Below, one piece after another: positions 23,091 through 36,991 of a stretch of 64,000 bases of DNA. A model generated the notes under the pieces. That model ran no database searches, was not told the origin of the DNA, and saw only the letters and a program-made list of their open reading frames with translations. The DNA is taken from NCBI RefSeq assembly GCF_016433145.1, contig NC_058132.1, positions 88,926,432 through 88,990,431 on the forward strand. Direction: 5' to 3'. Both the position numbers and the translations under genes were made by a program. How positions within the stretch are numbered: the first letter of the stretch is position 1; every line of letters starts with the position of its first letter. This DNA comes from Gracilinanus agilis. Taxonomy: Eukaryota.

Positions 23091-24926
23091 TGTTGGCCCT
23101 TCTTCCTTTCCCAAGAATGCAAACAGGACTCACAAGTAATGGCTTTTGCTAGGTCTGCTCTTCTCTCTTTCTCTTCCTCCCTTCTTATTGAACATTTGCC
23201 CTTATACTCTTTCCTATTCCAGCAGACAGACATGTGGGCATAATGGTTTAATGTATTAGATTCTTTTGTCAAGAACTATTTGTAAACTATGTTTGTTTTG
23301 TTCAATATGCTCTTCTGTAAAAACTTTATTAGAAAAAAATTCTGAAGAATTTTATTACTGAACAATCCTATAAATGCAACAAACTGCTAAACAATGATGG
23401 GTTAATTTAATTGAAGGCATATTAGATAAATATTTAAACCTGGTGTGCAAATGATTCTTATAGATCCTGGTCTTCAAAGTAAGTATAGAAGAATCTTCCT
23501 TCACTCCTCTTCTGAAAGAAAGAAAATTTTAAATATAAAAGTCAGAAATAACTTTTCATTAGAAAATCCAATACTTGAAACTGAACTAGTAATAGAAGGT
23601 GAAAACAAAAGATATGGTCTGCTTCAAGTATAATGTTGCTGTGCCTAGTATCCTGTCAATTTTCTTTTCTCTCTGTTGCATGTTAAAAAAATTGGAGGAA
23701 AGAGAATATAATAAGGTATCTTAAATCTACAGCAAATTACTACAACCATGGATTGAAAAAAGGTATTCAGAAAAAACAGTGCAGATTCTATAATGTATAT
23801 AGAATTTTTTTACAATCTAGAAAAGGGGGTTTGGGACATAAGCCAATGGGAAGATTGAGGGTAAACTACCAGGAAGAATTTTTAACTATAAGCTAAAAGA
23901 GGTAGAGGGATTTAAGAAGCTATATCTTTTATTTTTAATCAATGGAAAAATTAGTTTGAAAAGATACTGAAAGCAGTTAAACAATAGTGGATGTTATTTG
24001 AAATTATACCTTTAATTTTTTCTACCATGGACCCCATCTGCCTTCCTATGAGGCCAGATCTTCTTATTTAACTTATTGAAGCTTATTTCACAGATATAGC
24101 ATTAATTAGATCAGAGTGCTGCTCCACCCTGGTTATAGTGATAATGAGAAGCTCAGGGATCAATGAGAGAAACACTCACAAAATAGTATGGCTACAACTT
24201 CCATTGCCAATATTGTAAAAAAAGTTCTCTTAGACATGTTGGGTTAGACAAGATGTTGGGGTAAGATATTGGTGATATGACTACTACTAATTATTGTTAA
24301 ATCATCCTGAATTTGCTCAAGGTAAAACATCCAGACACTAATGTTCTCTGAGAACTGGCTGCTCTGACAAAACAAAGAAGTTAGCAATGAGACAACAAAT
24401 GTGGTTGTCAAGAGGAATATAGGTATGGTGACTGCAATCCAATAATTATAATATCAATACATTTTGTTCTAGAAGTGATCTAGAAGGGTTTGAGAGTGAG
24501 AGAAACTATGACATCCTCAAGACAATCTGAGCTAGATAGAGAGTGGTCTTTGGTGTATACATACCTTTTTGTCCCTACATGGTACTATTCATCTATTTCA
24601 GGGTATGCTAAGGAGACAAGATCAATCAATGAATAATGATGATAATAATAACCACTAACATTTTTACAATGCTTTAAAGTTTTCAAAGAGTTTTATAAAT
24701 ATGATCTCATTTGATCCTCATAACAACTCTGGGATATAGATGATGTTATTATCTACATTTTGCAGATGAGAAAATTAAGGCAGACTAAGATTAAATGACA
24801 TACTCCAGGTGACATGCCTATTAAATATCTGATATTAAATTTGAACTAATTTCTTCCTGAGGTCAATTACACTGACCCATTACCTATGCCTACTTCCTGT
24901 TTCCATGAGAGCATAAGGAGACAGAA

Positions 24927-24951
24927 ACACACACACACACACACACACACA
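24927..24951. repeat. (AC)12 microsatellite, expanded in copy A only
   Basis: Direct read. Copy B has only acacacacat at about 41542. Confidence 0.9.
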
Positions 24952-25574
24952 TCTATTCCTCTAACAGAGATGGTTCCTAAACATGGAAGTCAGAAATTTC
25001 AATTTACATTTACAAAAGTCTTTTAGCTGTCTGGCTTTGATTAAAGGGGAATTTTCTTGGAGATAATTCTTAGTCCCTTTTTGGTTCAGAAACAAGAAGA
25101 AATTTACACCATCCAACCCGCAAAATCCTTTTTACTATATTCAATTTTTAATAGTTTTTATTCCTCAATTAAACATAAAAGATTGAACTAGCACATCCAT
25201 TGAGTTAGTAGCACAGTAGGGAGTATGTTTCAATTCAAAAATCACATCAATTGGGGTAAGAATAGGTCCTTTTTTTTGTTTGTGAGAATTAAATGAGAAT
25301 ATTTGTAAAGGCTTTTGCAAAATTTAAATTTAAACTACTCTATTAACACTAGTTATTTCATCTGCTTTCTGCTCTGTGAATCAAGAGATAGTCTTTCATC
25401 TGTCATTTTCAGAACTGCCTTAATAAATAATTGTTGAAATGACAGAAATTAGTAAAATGTATAGATGTGTAATTCCATTGGAATAGGGATATCCTGGAAG
25501 GGTAAACTTCTTCCTATGAAACTCAACATCTCTGCAATTTATAATTTTAGATAATTGTTTAGAAAAGATGTTCC

Positions 25575-25790
25575 AAACACTTGGGGGGCCTATAACACTC
25601 CCAAGTATTGCCTAAATCAGTCTAAAATATAATTGTTAAGTATTTGGCTAACAAAATAAAAATAAAATATAACATAGATAAGATGAATATGTAGTTTTTT
25701 TGTCATTATGCAGCTGGCAAGGATCCTTATGTACAAGTGAATGGACTTGTTTCTATTTAAGCTTGAACTTGGTGCTCTAACCACTGAAAA
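25575..25790. mobile_element. Old marsupial non-autonomous DNA-transposon-like repeat (also about 42185-42400 in copy B)
   Basis: End resembles an abundant marsupial repeat as I recall it (gcaaggatccttatgtac...tttctatttaagcttgaac...ccactg). Family not established. Confidence 0.4.
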
Positions 25791-26124
25791 ATTACTTTCC
25801 CATGCTTACACAAGCTAGTATGTCTGAGAGGTAGACTTGAACCCAAGTCTTTCTGGTGTGAGGCCAGATTTCTACTCATTATCCCTACGTACTACCTTCT
25901 AAAGATAAGGTTCCCCACATGCTTATTGTGCAATAGTTTGTGTGAAAAAGGAGTGAAACCTGATACTGATTAAAGAGAGTAGTAAGGAACCAAGACGGAA
26001 AGACTCATGAAATTTAAGGGATGGGTCTGGGTTGGACATAGGATCAAAGGACTCAGGCATAGAGGGAAAGATATCTCCTGAACTAGACAAACTGCTTATC
26101 TCTCTGGCACTGTAATATTACCCC

Positions 26125-26836
26125 TGTAAAGGGGAAAAGAGGGTTTTATGGGTTCAATATATTAAAAGATGGCCACCAGAGGACTGAACTATTATCAATC
26201 CTCAATTAAGAATAATCTCAAGTCAAAATTGACTTTCATGGAAGTTTATTTACAATTAGGAAGGTTGAAGGTAGGGAAACAGAGAGAGAAACTCTGGCCT
26301 GGACCAGAGGTCCAGACCAGGTAAGAATTTAGAGGCCCCAGCAAAGGAGCACAGAAGTTAATTAAACAAGGCTTCTAGCCACAAGGCCTTTTATAATTAT
26401 AGAGGCAAGAGAGGCCTCCCTGAGGGTAGAGCCTCCAGAAATGCAAGGGAGGAGAAAGGAAGTCTGCCTAACTTACCCATATGACAATTCAAAGGGAAGC
26501 AGTCAGAGGTCCCACCAGAGTCTCAGCATTCCAACACCCTTCCATGAACCAGAAGAGGTCCTCACCAGATGCTCTCTTCCACTGAAGACCTCCCCTGACT
26601 GAGGACCTTCTCCTTTTAAAGGGATCATTTATGAATCACTTCTTGTTCCTCCCTCCTAATTTGCATGTCCAATCAAAATAGACAATTCTCACAGACCACC
26701 TAGGGGGTGGGTCAGTTGATTCTGATTTGTCCCTCACTCTAGCACACATGGGATATGGACCTCCCAGAATTAGACATGTTCTCACCCTTGGTGATTAAAT
26801 CTAAAGAGGGGCAGTGTAGACTTAACCTAATTATCA
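26125..26836 (-). mobile_element. Solo ERV LTR specific to copy A, in the same orientation as the OR gene
   Basis: 712-bp block absent from copy B (empty site about 42725-42740). TG...CA ends. taccc flanks at 26119-26123 and 26837-26841 with one extra base. Minus-strand AATAAA at 26245-26250. Confidence 0.85.
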
Positions 26837-26921
26837 TACCCTGAAGGTCTCAGTTTTGGAAGCTAACCCTGTCACCTTCATGTCATTGCAATAGAGGCCA
26901 GAACTTGATGATTCAATGTAA

Positions 26922-27880
26922 ACTCACCTTTGGAGTTGAGCAGAGCACAAGTGGCATACCTATCCCTTTAAGATGGAAAGGAGACACATCTATGTTCCTC
27001 CAGAGTTGAGAAGAAAGCTACCGTCTAGGATGGACTAGTGACAATTTTTCTAGGCACAATTCATAAATAAGATGCTTGGGGAGATGGGGACCCTATGTTC
27101 TCTACTCTCTACAATCCAAGTAGTAACATGAAGCATTAGTGTTTAAACCATATTATAGTATCTTTTATGGTTTCCAAGTGGCATCTGCATCTTGACTTTG
27201 ATATACTAAGTCCCTAGGATGGCTAGGTAGGAGAGAATGAGTCAGGAACAGAGACAGAGGTCTAGTATACCCTACTTATGCAGGATCTGGAGAAAAAGGA
27301 TCAAATTTGTCATTGGAATCTATGAAGATTGGTGTATAGAAAGGAATATAACAGGAGATGGGAAATAAAGTCAACACTTCAAAGACCATATGGAACTGGA
27401 GTCCTTAATTTTGAATTCAAGGTTAAGAGGGAAATCAAAGGTTATGTGTGAAATGACCCTGGAGCTCCAACTTGAACCATTTTTAAAAACTAGAGATTAA
27501 GAGGAGAAATTATGTGATGATATCAGAGATTTTATCAAAGTATTAAGCTCACATCTCTCCTAGATATAAAGAACCTAAGGGAAATGAAGGGTTCTCACTA
27601 GAACTTTATAATAATTTTCTCCCTGTCATTTTGGAACCTCCCTCCCCAGATTTTCTCCAAGCCTTGGTAGAATCAAGAAGGCAAAGGTCCAGAGACCCAC
27701 ACACTCACCTTTGCAGAGCATCCTGCCTCTCTCACTAGATATAAAGTGAATGAAGGACATAAGCATCACTCGCTTGGAAAACACCCAAGGCTCTCCCTGC
27801 TGCAAGCTCAGGAAGTTTATTTGGCCCTGCTGTATCTCTCTAAGGAAATTATCAGACTTGAGTCCCAGGAGACCAACACT
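26922..27880 (-). promoter_or_regulatory. Predicted promoter and two 5' non-coding exons of OR copy A
   Basis: Two consensus minus-strand donors AAG|GTGAGT (intron starts at 27708 and 26927) and an Olf/EBF-like site TCCCAGGAG (27863-27871). All three are retained in copy B. Confidence 0.5.
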
Positions 27881-30569
27881 AAACTCTAGAGGCATCTGGC
27901 TTTACAACTGTGTTAACCATGTATGTGCTAGGTCAGACAGGATGACTCAAAGAGTGGTGGAGAGTACAGATGCTAACTATATGACAGAGGAGATAGGGCA
28001 ATAGCCCTGAGGTCAGGAAAATCTGAGTCTACCTCTGACCTCAGGCACTTACTTGCTGTGTGATCCTGGACCAATCACAACCTGTTTGCTTATTTTAATC
28101 TGCAAAATAAATATAATGACAGTACTTAACTGAGAGGATTATTGTGAGGTTCAAATGAGGTCATAACTGTAAATAACTTAGCCCAGTGTCTGGAACATAG
28201 TAAGCACTAAATAAATATTAGGTATTATCATCATTAACATAATCTGTCTGAACCCTGGTTTAGATATTTAGATAAGAGTTAACAGAGGAAACATGGATCT
28301 GGCCCCATGGGTTTCATAGTCTAGTTGGAGAAATAAGACTCACACAATGCCATAAATGGATAAAATTGTTGAAGAATACATTATCATTCAAGTAAATGCC
28401 AGTGACCTAAATATGGGATACAAAGAATGAATGGATTCAGGAAATTTATATTCTAAAAGTAGAAGATAACACATAAAAATGTGATTATTAGTGGAAAATA
28501 TATTTGTCTTGAAAGTCATAGGACTGTGAGTAGAGTTCACTCAACAAATTGACTTATCCTTTAAAGAAATAACAGTTGTTAATTTACTTTCTTTCCTCAG
28601 AAGTAGAGGAAGAAAATGTATTTGTACAGTCATAAATGGCCATAGTAATCTAGGATTTTGATAAACCCAAAGATCCAAGCTTTTGGGACAAGAACTCAAT
28701 CTTAGACAAAAATGTGCTTGAAAAAATGGAACAAAGTATATCAGAAATGAGATTTAGACCAACATCTCACACCTTTACCAAAATAACATCAAAATAGGGA
28801 CATAGATTTAAACACAAAGGTAATGCCATAAGCAAAACAGGGGAGTATGGAATAATTTTCTTGTGAAGTTGAAACGAAAATAAAGTAAAGGAATGATAGC
28901 TTAAACCTCTCTGTGAATCCACTCTAATTAACCTTATGATATTGCTTCAAAACAAATACTGGAGTGACAGAACCATCAAGGGAGCAGAATTAAGTTATAT
29001 TCCTATAGAAAGCAAGGTAGATATAGAGGGTCTGTATCACTGAGGGGAGAGAGGAATTTAGACCACAGAAAGGTTGAACTAAGGGACACTTGTTCAACAA
29101 AGAGCAAGTCCCCATCACCCCACTCCTAATGCTGGAGGTTTTGAATCTTGGCCCAAGACAAAATTGATACTATGCCTAAGCTAACAGCAGAGTACCCTCA
29201 TGCCCACCCCTTGAAGTCCCAAGTCCTAGCACAAGCCTGCAGTGAGGCACCTATCACCAGGCAGTCCATAGTGTTGTAGGGTATTATTTAATCGACAGTC
29301 ATTTATTAGCTACATAGTGAGTGCTAAGCACATACTAACACTGGGTATACTAAAAAAAGTATTTCAAGTACATAATATTTTAATAGGAATTAGGACAAGG
29401 GTTAGGGAATTAGGATAACTAGAAAGGTTAGTCTTAGTGAGGAGTAGGAATGCCTCTTCTATGACCCTAGGAAAAGTGTAGAAAATGTATGATAATAGAA
29501 AAACTTTTCAAGAGTAGGGAATATTGGCTGAGGCTAGTCATGCCAAGACCTCTATTTCTCAGAAACATCCTCTGTGTGTTCCACTCAGTGAAATTAATTG
29601 TATTGGAAATTTGAAATGGTGATAGAATCCCATTGAAAATCATTGTGGGGGACAGATGCATGAGACAGAATTGTAGGTGCAGAGCAAGAAGAGAAAAAAA
29701 AATAAGAGAAAGAGTCTATCAGGGAAAAAGAAGAAAATATACATAGAAGAAAATACCACAAAGGAAAAAGAAAAGAATTACTATTCCTCTGAGTCTTAAT
29801 TTTCATCTTTCTGTAAAATGTTGATTGCTAGAATTTTCTGGTTTATATACTAAGTTCTTCATCCCATACCTATTTTTGATACTTGAAACAGATTATTAAG
29901 CTAATTAAGAGGTGTGATACTATTGGTTCTCTCATGAGGAGAGAAAGTGTTAGAGGAAAGAGGATGAGAGCTTTTCACTGAGATCACAGCCGAAAGATCA
30001 CCAAATATAAGCCCTAGGTTTGGTGCAATAATAAAATCAAAGAGATATCTGTTTGAGGTAAGGCAAAAAAAAATTGTCACATAGTATAAGGAGCAAATAC
30101 ACTCATAGTCAGAACACTAGTATTTACTCTGTTATTTCATAAGTGATCATAAATTTACAACTGAAACATGCAAATAATTAATTCCAAATTCATAATTTTA
30201 CAGATAAGGAAACTGAGAAGCAAAGAAATTACATAACTTACCTGTTGTCACACAACTACTGTTGGAGGCAGAATTCAAATTCAAATCTTTGGACACCAAG
30301 TCCAATAACTTATTCCCATACCAAGAGTTTTTAAACTTTTTTATTATGGACTCTTGACAATCTAGTGAAACATATGGAACATCCTCCTCTGAAGGTGTCA
30401 ACTCTTATCATAGAGCTCTGAAGGCACAAGTTTCTGATTGATTAGGTTAAAAGTGTGGAGTTCTCCAAGTTAGTGACTTGTGAATTAAAATTGAAGAAGC
30501 TATAAAAAAACTCCAAAGAAAAATGTATCAGAACAAATAGATTTATTGGTGAGTTATATCAAATATTTA

Positions 30570-33500
30570 AATATCATCTAATTCCAATATTCAATAAATT
30601 ATTTTGAATAATTTGCAAAGAAGAAATTCTACTAAACTCTTTTAATGAAAAGAAATATGGCGCTGATAATTAAAATGGGAAAAGGAGAAACAAAGGAAAA
30701 AAATTATAGGTCAAATTCATTACTGAAAATAGATGCAAAAATTCTAAAAATACAAATTTGCCAGAAAATTATACCAATAAAATCACAAAGATTATATTAC
30801 ATAATAAAACAGGATTTATGTCAGGTTTTCAGGGATGTTTTAATATAAGAAAAGCTATTAAAATAATTTATAATATCAACAAAAAAGTAATAAAAATCTT
30901 ATGATTTTGCTAACATGAAAGAAAGGGAAGTGATAAATTTTGGAGGGAATGTGGCAAGAAAGCCATACTAAAATGTTTCTAGTAGAGATGCAACCATTCT
31001 AGGGAGAAATCTGGAACTATGCACAAAGGGCCATAAAAGTGTGCATACCATTTGACCTAGCAATATTACTACTAGATATGTATCCCAAAGATAAATGGAA
31101 TTAAAGATAAGGGTAAAGGATCTAACTGTACAAAAATATTTATAGCAGCTATTTTTGTGGTGGCAAAGAATTGGAAACTTAAGGGATGGTCATTAGTTGG
31201 GGAATGTAGGAATAAGTTGGGGTATATGCTTGTAATGGAATGAGAAATGACAAACAAGAATGATCACAAAAAAAAGCAAACTTGGAAAGACATATGAAGT
31301 GATGCAAAGTGAAGTAAGCAGAACCAGGAGAACACTGTACACAGTAACAGTAGTGTATGATGATCGATATAAAAAATGATGTAATAAAAGCATATTGTAT
31401 CAATATATAAAGAAAAAGTTTTTATCAAAATACAACACTCATTTATATTAAAACACTTAAAGTTACTTTTACTTAAATTAATGATGTATATATTTTAAAC
31501 CATCATTAAACATCCGTAATGGGAATGTTAGAATCCCTTCTTAAAAAATCCGAAGTAAATTATGGATATGCATTATCACTAATATTATTTAATTTATTTA
31601 ATATTCATTTCCTTATTATTAATAATATTTATTTATTTAATATTTTAAGCTATTTCTAGAAATAGTAATTAAAAAGGAAAAAAAACTCAAGGTATCAGAA
31701 CTGGCAAAGAGGTAATACAATTACCTCTTTTTTACAGATGATATGATGATATATATATATATATAAAATCCTTGAAAATTAAGTAAAAATTAATTGAAAC
31801 CATTAATTATTTTAGTAAAGTAGAAGGACATAAAATAAACACAATAAACCATAATGGTCAAACTACTTGGAACTGACGAAGAAACAGAAAATTGAATCAG
31901 TGGAACAAGACAGACATACAACAAATAATTATGTAACATGATAGGAATTGCATTTGACAAAGAGAAAGTTTCAAGTTTTTTTTAATAAGAATTCTCTATT
32001 TGGTATAAATACTCAGGAGAATTGGAATATAGTTTGTTAGAAAATAGATAATAGAATAATGTCTTACACTAGTTACCAATATAGGCTAAAAATGGATACA
32101 TGACCTTGATATAAAGGGAGAATATTATAAACAAGTTAGGACAGGAAGCATATTATCTATCAGATTTCAGGACAGGAGAAGAATTTTATTAATTAATAAG
32201 AAATAGAAGCATTGAGAAATGTAAAATAGATAATTTTGAATGCATTAAGTTGAAAAAGTTTTGTACAAACAAAACTAAAGTAGTCAAGATTAGAAGGAAA
32301 GCAATGTTGGCAAAAAAAGTATTGTCAGCAGTTTCTTGAATAGAGAACCTTTTATCAAATATGTAAGATTGTGAATCATTATCCAATTGATAAATGATCA
32401 AATGATATGAACACGATTTTAAGAGGAAGATATCCACACTATACATAACTATATGAAAAATTGCTTTAAATCACTTTTGATTGGAGAAAACCAATTCAAA
32501 ACAACTCTGAGATAAAATCTCTTACATCAAACAGAATGGCTAATATAATAAAAAAGCAAAATTACACATTGTTGTTTGTAAAAATAAAATAGGGTGAGCA
32601 ATGCAAGGTGTAAGGAAAGCTAAAGACTATTTTTTATGAAAAATAAACTATTTATTTAAATATATGTAAGGGAAAAAAGATTTCTAATTCTAAGGGATTC
32701 TAACTCCACCCAAATGAACTCCCAGGTCGTGTGGGGAACCGCTTCTCCTGTGGTTCACAGGCTATGCTAATACTCCCTGATCCAACTAACTAAATTTATT
32801 CTCTTCTAAATAAGCCTAACCACTCTAATTCTTCACTTCACCTTTAAGTTATAAAGATAACCAAGGCTAGCTGGTTGGGTCTCCACAAGAATCAAGTTTT
32901 CTTTGGTCTTTTCCTAGTTTAACCAATCTATAAACAATCACAGATAAATGAATAGTGCTTCCCAAGTTGGAAAAGAAAACACTCCACTCCTTCAAGTTTT
33001 TCACCCAGACAGAGATAGAGAGAGGCAAAGATGTTACTTTCTCTAGCCCTGAGAGATAAAGAAGCTACCTGTGGCTCTGTCAACTGCCAGAAGCCCACTC
33101 CTGGAAATGCTGCATCCAGAGAGGGTAACTGTCATAAAATAAAGGTTATACCTGCTAACAGTTGAAATTAGCACTTTCTCTTAGCTCTACTTGAAATTCC
33201 AATTCTTTTACATGCCAGCTTCTCTATTTCTTTTCTCTAAACTAATAAAACAATACTTATTTTCTAATATTATCCTTATATGGTAGAACTGTGAATTGAT
33301 GCAACCATTTTGGGGAGCATTCTAGATTTATACTCAGAGTTATAAAACTATTTAACTTCTTTGACACTTCTTTGACACAGTTATGCCACTATTAGGTTTA
33401 TTTTCTAAGGTAATTGAGGAAAAAAAAGAAACTATTTCCCAAAACATTTGTAGCAGCTCTTTTTGCAATGCCAAAGAATATGAAGATGAAAAGATGTCCA

Positions 33501-33900
33501 TCAATTAGTGAATGACTGAACAAATTGTGGCATATGATTGGAATGGAATACTATTGTGCCATAAGAAATGACAAACAAGATGATAACCACCCCCAAAATA
33601 AAAAAGCAAACCCAGAAAGATTTATATAAAGAAATGAAAAATGAAGTGAATAGAACCTGAAGTGTGATGTACACTGTAACAATAGTAATGTATGATGATC
33701 AACTTTGAATGATTTAACCATTTTCAAAGAAGCAAGAATCCCGAACAACTCCAAAGAACTAATAAGGAAAAGCATATACATCCCCATAGAATAATGAACT
33801 GGAGTCTGAATGCAGATTGAAACGTACCATTATTCACCTTATTTCCACAATGAATTTTTCTCTCATGTAAGCAATATAACATCTATGCTTTTAAGAAAGC
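30570..33900 (+). mobile_element. Old fragmented L1 ORF2/3' remnants
   Basis: Degenerate RT motifs (IDAKIL at about 30730; cctctttttacagatgatatg, FADDM-like, at about 31725) and 3' end motifs. Confidence 0.7.
32577..33213 (-). mobile_element. Probable solo LTR inserted in old L1
   Basis: Non-L1 block with terminal inverted repeat tgtaaaaa...tttttaca and a minus-strand AATAAA near the left end. No clean TSD. Confidence 0.5.
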
Positions 33901-34658
33901 AACCTGAATATTTAATATTTGTTCCTGCATATAAATTAGAAGACACAGAACTTTATTTAACAGAGGTTGATGGTTGTGACATGGTCAGATGTGAGCTTTA
34001 GGAAGATACATTTAACAACTCAGTAGAGGATAGATTATATGGGGGAAAAACTTTAGTTAAGGAGACAAATAATTGGGCTATTATAATAATTTAAGCATAT
34101 GGTAATGTGAACCTGTATTGAGGTAATGGCAGTTTCAGAGGAGGGAAGGATTATTTAGAAATGTTTTGAAGCCATATGAACTTATGGCTTTATTTCATGC
34201 TCAGCAGATTAACAAATATGATCAAAACCATAAATAGTGTATATTTCTGAGGTATGGATGTTAAATAATGATAGGCATACTAATATATTGGTGGTAGAAA
34301 CAAAAAGTTAGTAAAATTTTTATGGAAAATAATGTAGAACTATAAAAGTAAACTGAATATGAAATCTATAAATGATTCACAAATTCCATCACCAAACATG
34401 ATAACCCAAGGAAGTCATTTAAAAGAGAGCAAAAGAATATCCACAAACATACCAAAATATAGCAGCATTTTTGTAATAGCAAAGAACTGAAAACAAAGTT
34501 GATATCCATTAATTGGGCAATGAATAAATCACTTGCTGTGTATAATGTAATTCAATTTTGCTGAAATACATTGTAAGAAATGATGCATACAGAGAAGCAG
34601 GAAAAGACTTTCATGAACAATGTGAAGTAAGGAAGTGGAATAAAAAAATATGTATGTG

Positions 34659-34690
<32 letters not shown>

Positions 34691-34987
34691 GATAAATAAT
34701 GATTAAAACAATGTTAGTGGAAAGAAGAATGAAGAGAAAATATTTGAAAATGAATATTAAAAATTACAAAGAACAAGTAAAGCCCCAAAGAAGAAATATA
34801 AGAGTATAACTCTTCCCACTACTTTTCAGAGTTCAATGGTCTATGGGTATGAAGCATTGAATATATTTTCAGATATTTTTAAATGTATTATTTTACTGAA
34901 TTTTTCCATTTTTCTCTTCCTACTTAAAAAAAAGTCGTATAAATTGACTATGAAAGAAAGGAAAGGGGAAGATACAAAGATATTTTT

Positions 34988-35164
34988 TAAACCCTTAACT
35001 TCGGTGTATTGTCTCATAGGTGGAAGAGTGGTAAGGGTAGGCAATGGGGGTCAGGTGACTTGCCCAGGGTCACACAGCTGGGAAGTGGCTGAGGCCGGAT
35101 TTGAACCTAGGACCTCCTGTTTCTAGGCCTGACTCTCAATCCACTGAGCTACCCAGCTGCCCCC
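34988..35164 (-). mobile_element. Young SINE1_Mdo-like SINE specific to copy B
   Basis: Perfect 15-bp TSD tacaaagatattttt at 34973-34987 and 35165-35179. Empty site in copy A at about 18107-18121. Confidence 0.95.
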
Positions 35165-36081
35165 TACAAAGATATTTTTGTTGAGGCAAAAACTAATGAA
35201 AGAAAATTGTTTTTTGAAATCTGAATATTCTTGTTCTTCCATAAGCTCTTGGGAGTTCCCAAGTTAAACTCGTATTTCAATTAATTTTCTTCAAATTATT
35301 ATACTCCTTCCTCTTGGAGGCTTTGGTGATTTTTAATGTTAATAAATATTTGTTATTAATCTAGTATATGTCAGGCACTGTCCTTCTCTTTAGTTTATCT
35401 CTATTAATTTGTTTGTTTATAATGTTTTCATTCATATTTTCTTTTATTCATATTTTATGTGATTCATATTTTTGTTAGATTTTTAACTTTTTCTTTTATT
35501 GCCAAACATATGTCACTTGTTTTCTCTCCCTAGACCACATTCTTTGATTTCATCTCCATCTACTGCTGCAAAAGACCCAGAGAAAACAGATTTCAGTTAT
35601 TTTTAAAATAATTAAAAATATGAGATTTTTAAGTACACCAAAATAACACTTAAAATGAATAATTAAAATGAAACACATCTTTTTTCTTTTTTTTAAACAC
35701 TGTCTTGATTTGAAATTGAAAACAATATGAGCATTAATTATCATTATCAAACCTGGATTATAGTAAAAATACTACAGTTCAAATGTATTTCTCTTTGAGG
35801 CTCTCCCAATTCCTTCCCCTATATGAGTTTAGTCAAATAAAATTTATAAGCATTGATTAAGAGCTTACTGTGGACAAGGCTCTGTACTAAGAGCTGGAGA
35901 TACAAAGCAAGGCAAAAACAAATTTCTTGTGCTCAAGTGTAGTTTCTCTAAAAGATAACTCAATATGTAAATAGTTTATTACATGCTAGATATATAGGAT
36001 AAATGTTAACCATTACAATAGCAATTATCATAAAAGAACATCACACATAGTATTTTAAAATCTGTAAAGTGTGTTTTATAT

Positions 36082-36991
36082 TGTTATAAAGAAAGAGAGA
36101 GTCTTAGGGAGATATAGATATCTAGTGAGATGGATGTATCTCTGTATTCTCCTTAGGAGCTGGTGATGGGGAACACCAACCCCAATCACCCTTGCTAGTT
36201 GTTATAATTTCCCCATTCAATAACAGTTGCTCAGGGAAAGATCCCAAATGGTTAGGTGAATGTGTAACCTTTTCAGGTCCAACCTGGGGTTGGATCATTT
36301 ATTAATATTGGGCTCTGATTAGTCTTGGATCATGTTTGTTATCTGACCATATTGACTCCCTCCCCAAGGGTCTTGATATAAAGACCACTCAGGAAGGTAC
36401 TTATTAAACACTCTTTATCTATGATATATAATTAGGAAAAGGATAATCAGGATAAGGATTGGGGATTGGAGACCCTGTCAATCTAATATCTATAATTTAT
36501 AATCACTCATGTCGGGAGGTTATTTATTTAGTATAAGCCGGAGTTTTGTTCTTCACAACCCTCTGGCTTAGTCTGGCCAATGCCAAGCCAGAGAGTGACT
36601 GCTCTTGAATGCAGCTGTGTTAGTGATTTATTCTCTCAGCTTTCTTATTATCAGTGTTAGGTGATGTACTAGCCCTCACAGCCTTCAGAAATATTCAGAT
36701 CCCACCAAACCTCATCTTCATAGACCTCCCATCCTCCCTTCACAACCCAGGGACCCAGAGACCTAAAGAGCTAGGAAGATTCAGAGATCTAAAGATCTAA
36801 GGGACCAAAATCCAAAAGGCCAAAAGACCAAAAGCTAAAGACTTCTCCAGGTGGCTATTAGGGTTATTTATACACCCCAGGCCAACTGACTTGCCCCTGG
36901 CTCGTGGCATCTGGGAACATTACAATCTATCCAACTGCCTCCCTTGTTAATCAAGGTGACATCCAACATTTCTCAGGATTTGAATATAACA
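36082..36991 (-). mobile_element. Solo ERV1-type LTR specific to copy B
   Basis: 910 bp with terminal inverted repeats tgttata...tataaca. 4-bp TSD atat at 36078-36081 and 36992-36995. Empty site in A at 19568-19571. Minus-strand AATAAA at about 36298-36303. Confidence 0.9.

Larger units (their letters stand above)
17614..29270. repeat. Local segmental duplication, copy A (about 11.7 kb, contains an OR gene)
   Basis: Colinear direct-orientation homology with 34439-45860, from atccacaaacataccaaaat to caagtcctagcacaag.ctgcagtgag. Offset is about 16.6-16.8 kb. Confidence 0.95.

Noticed and set aside
26170-26187. CTCF-like motif tggccaccagaggactga in the copy-A LTR (a similar partial match lies near 7005-7015)
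   Set aside because: It matches the 5' half but misses the critical GGC/GC 3' core. It cannot be supported without a PWM score or ChIP data.
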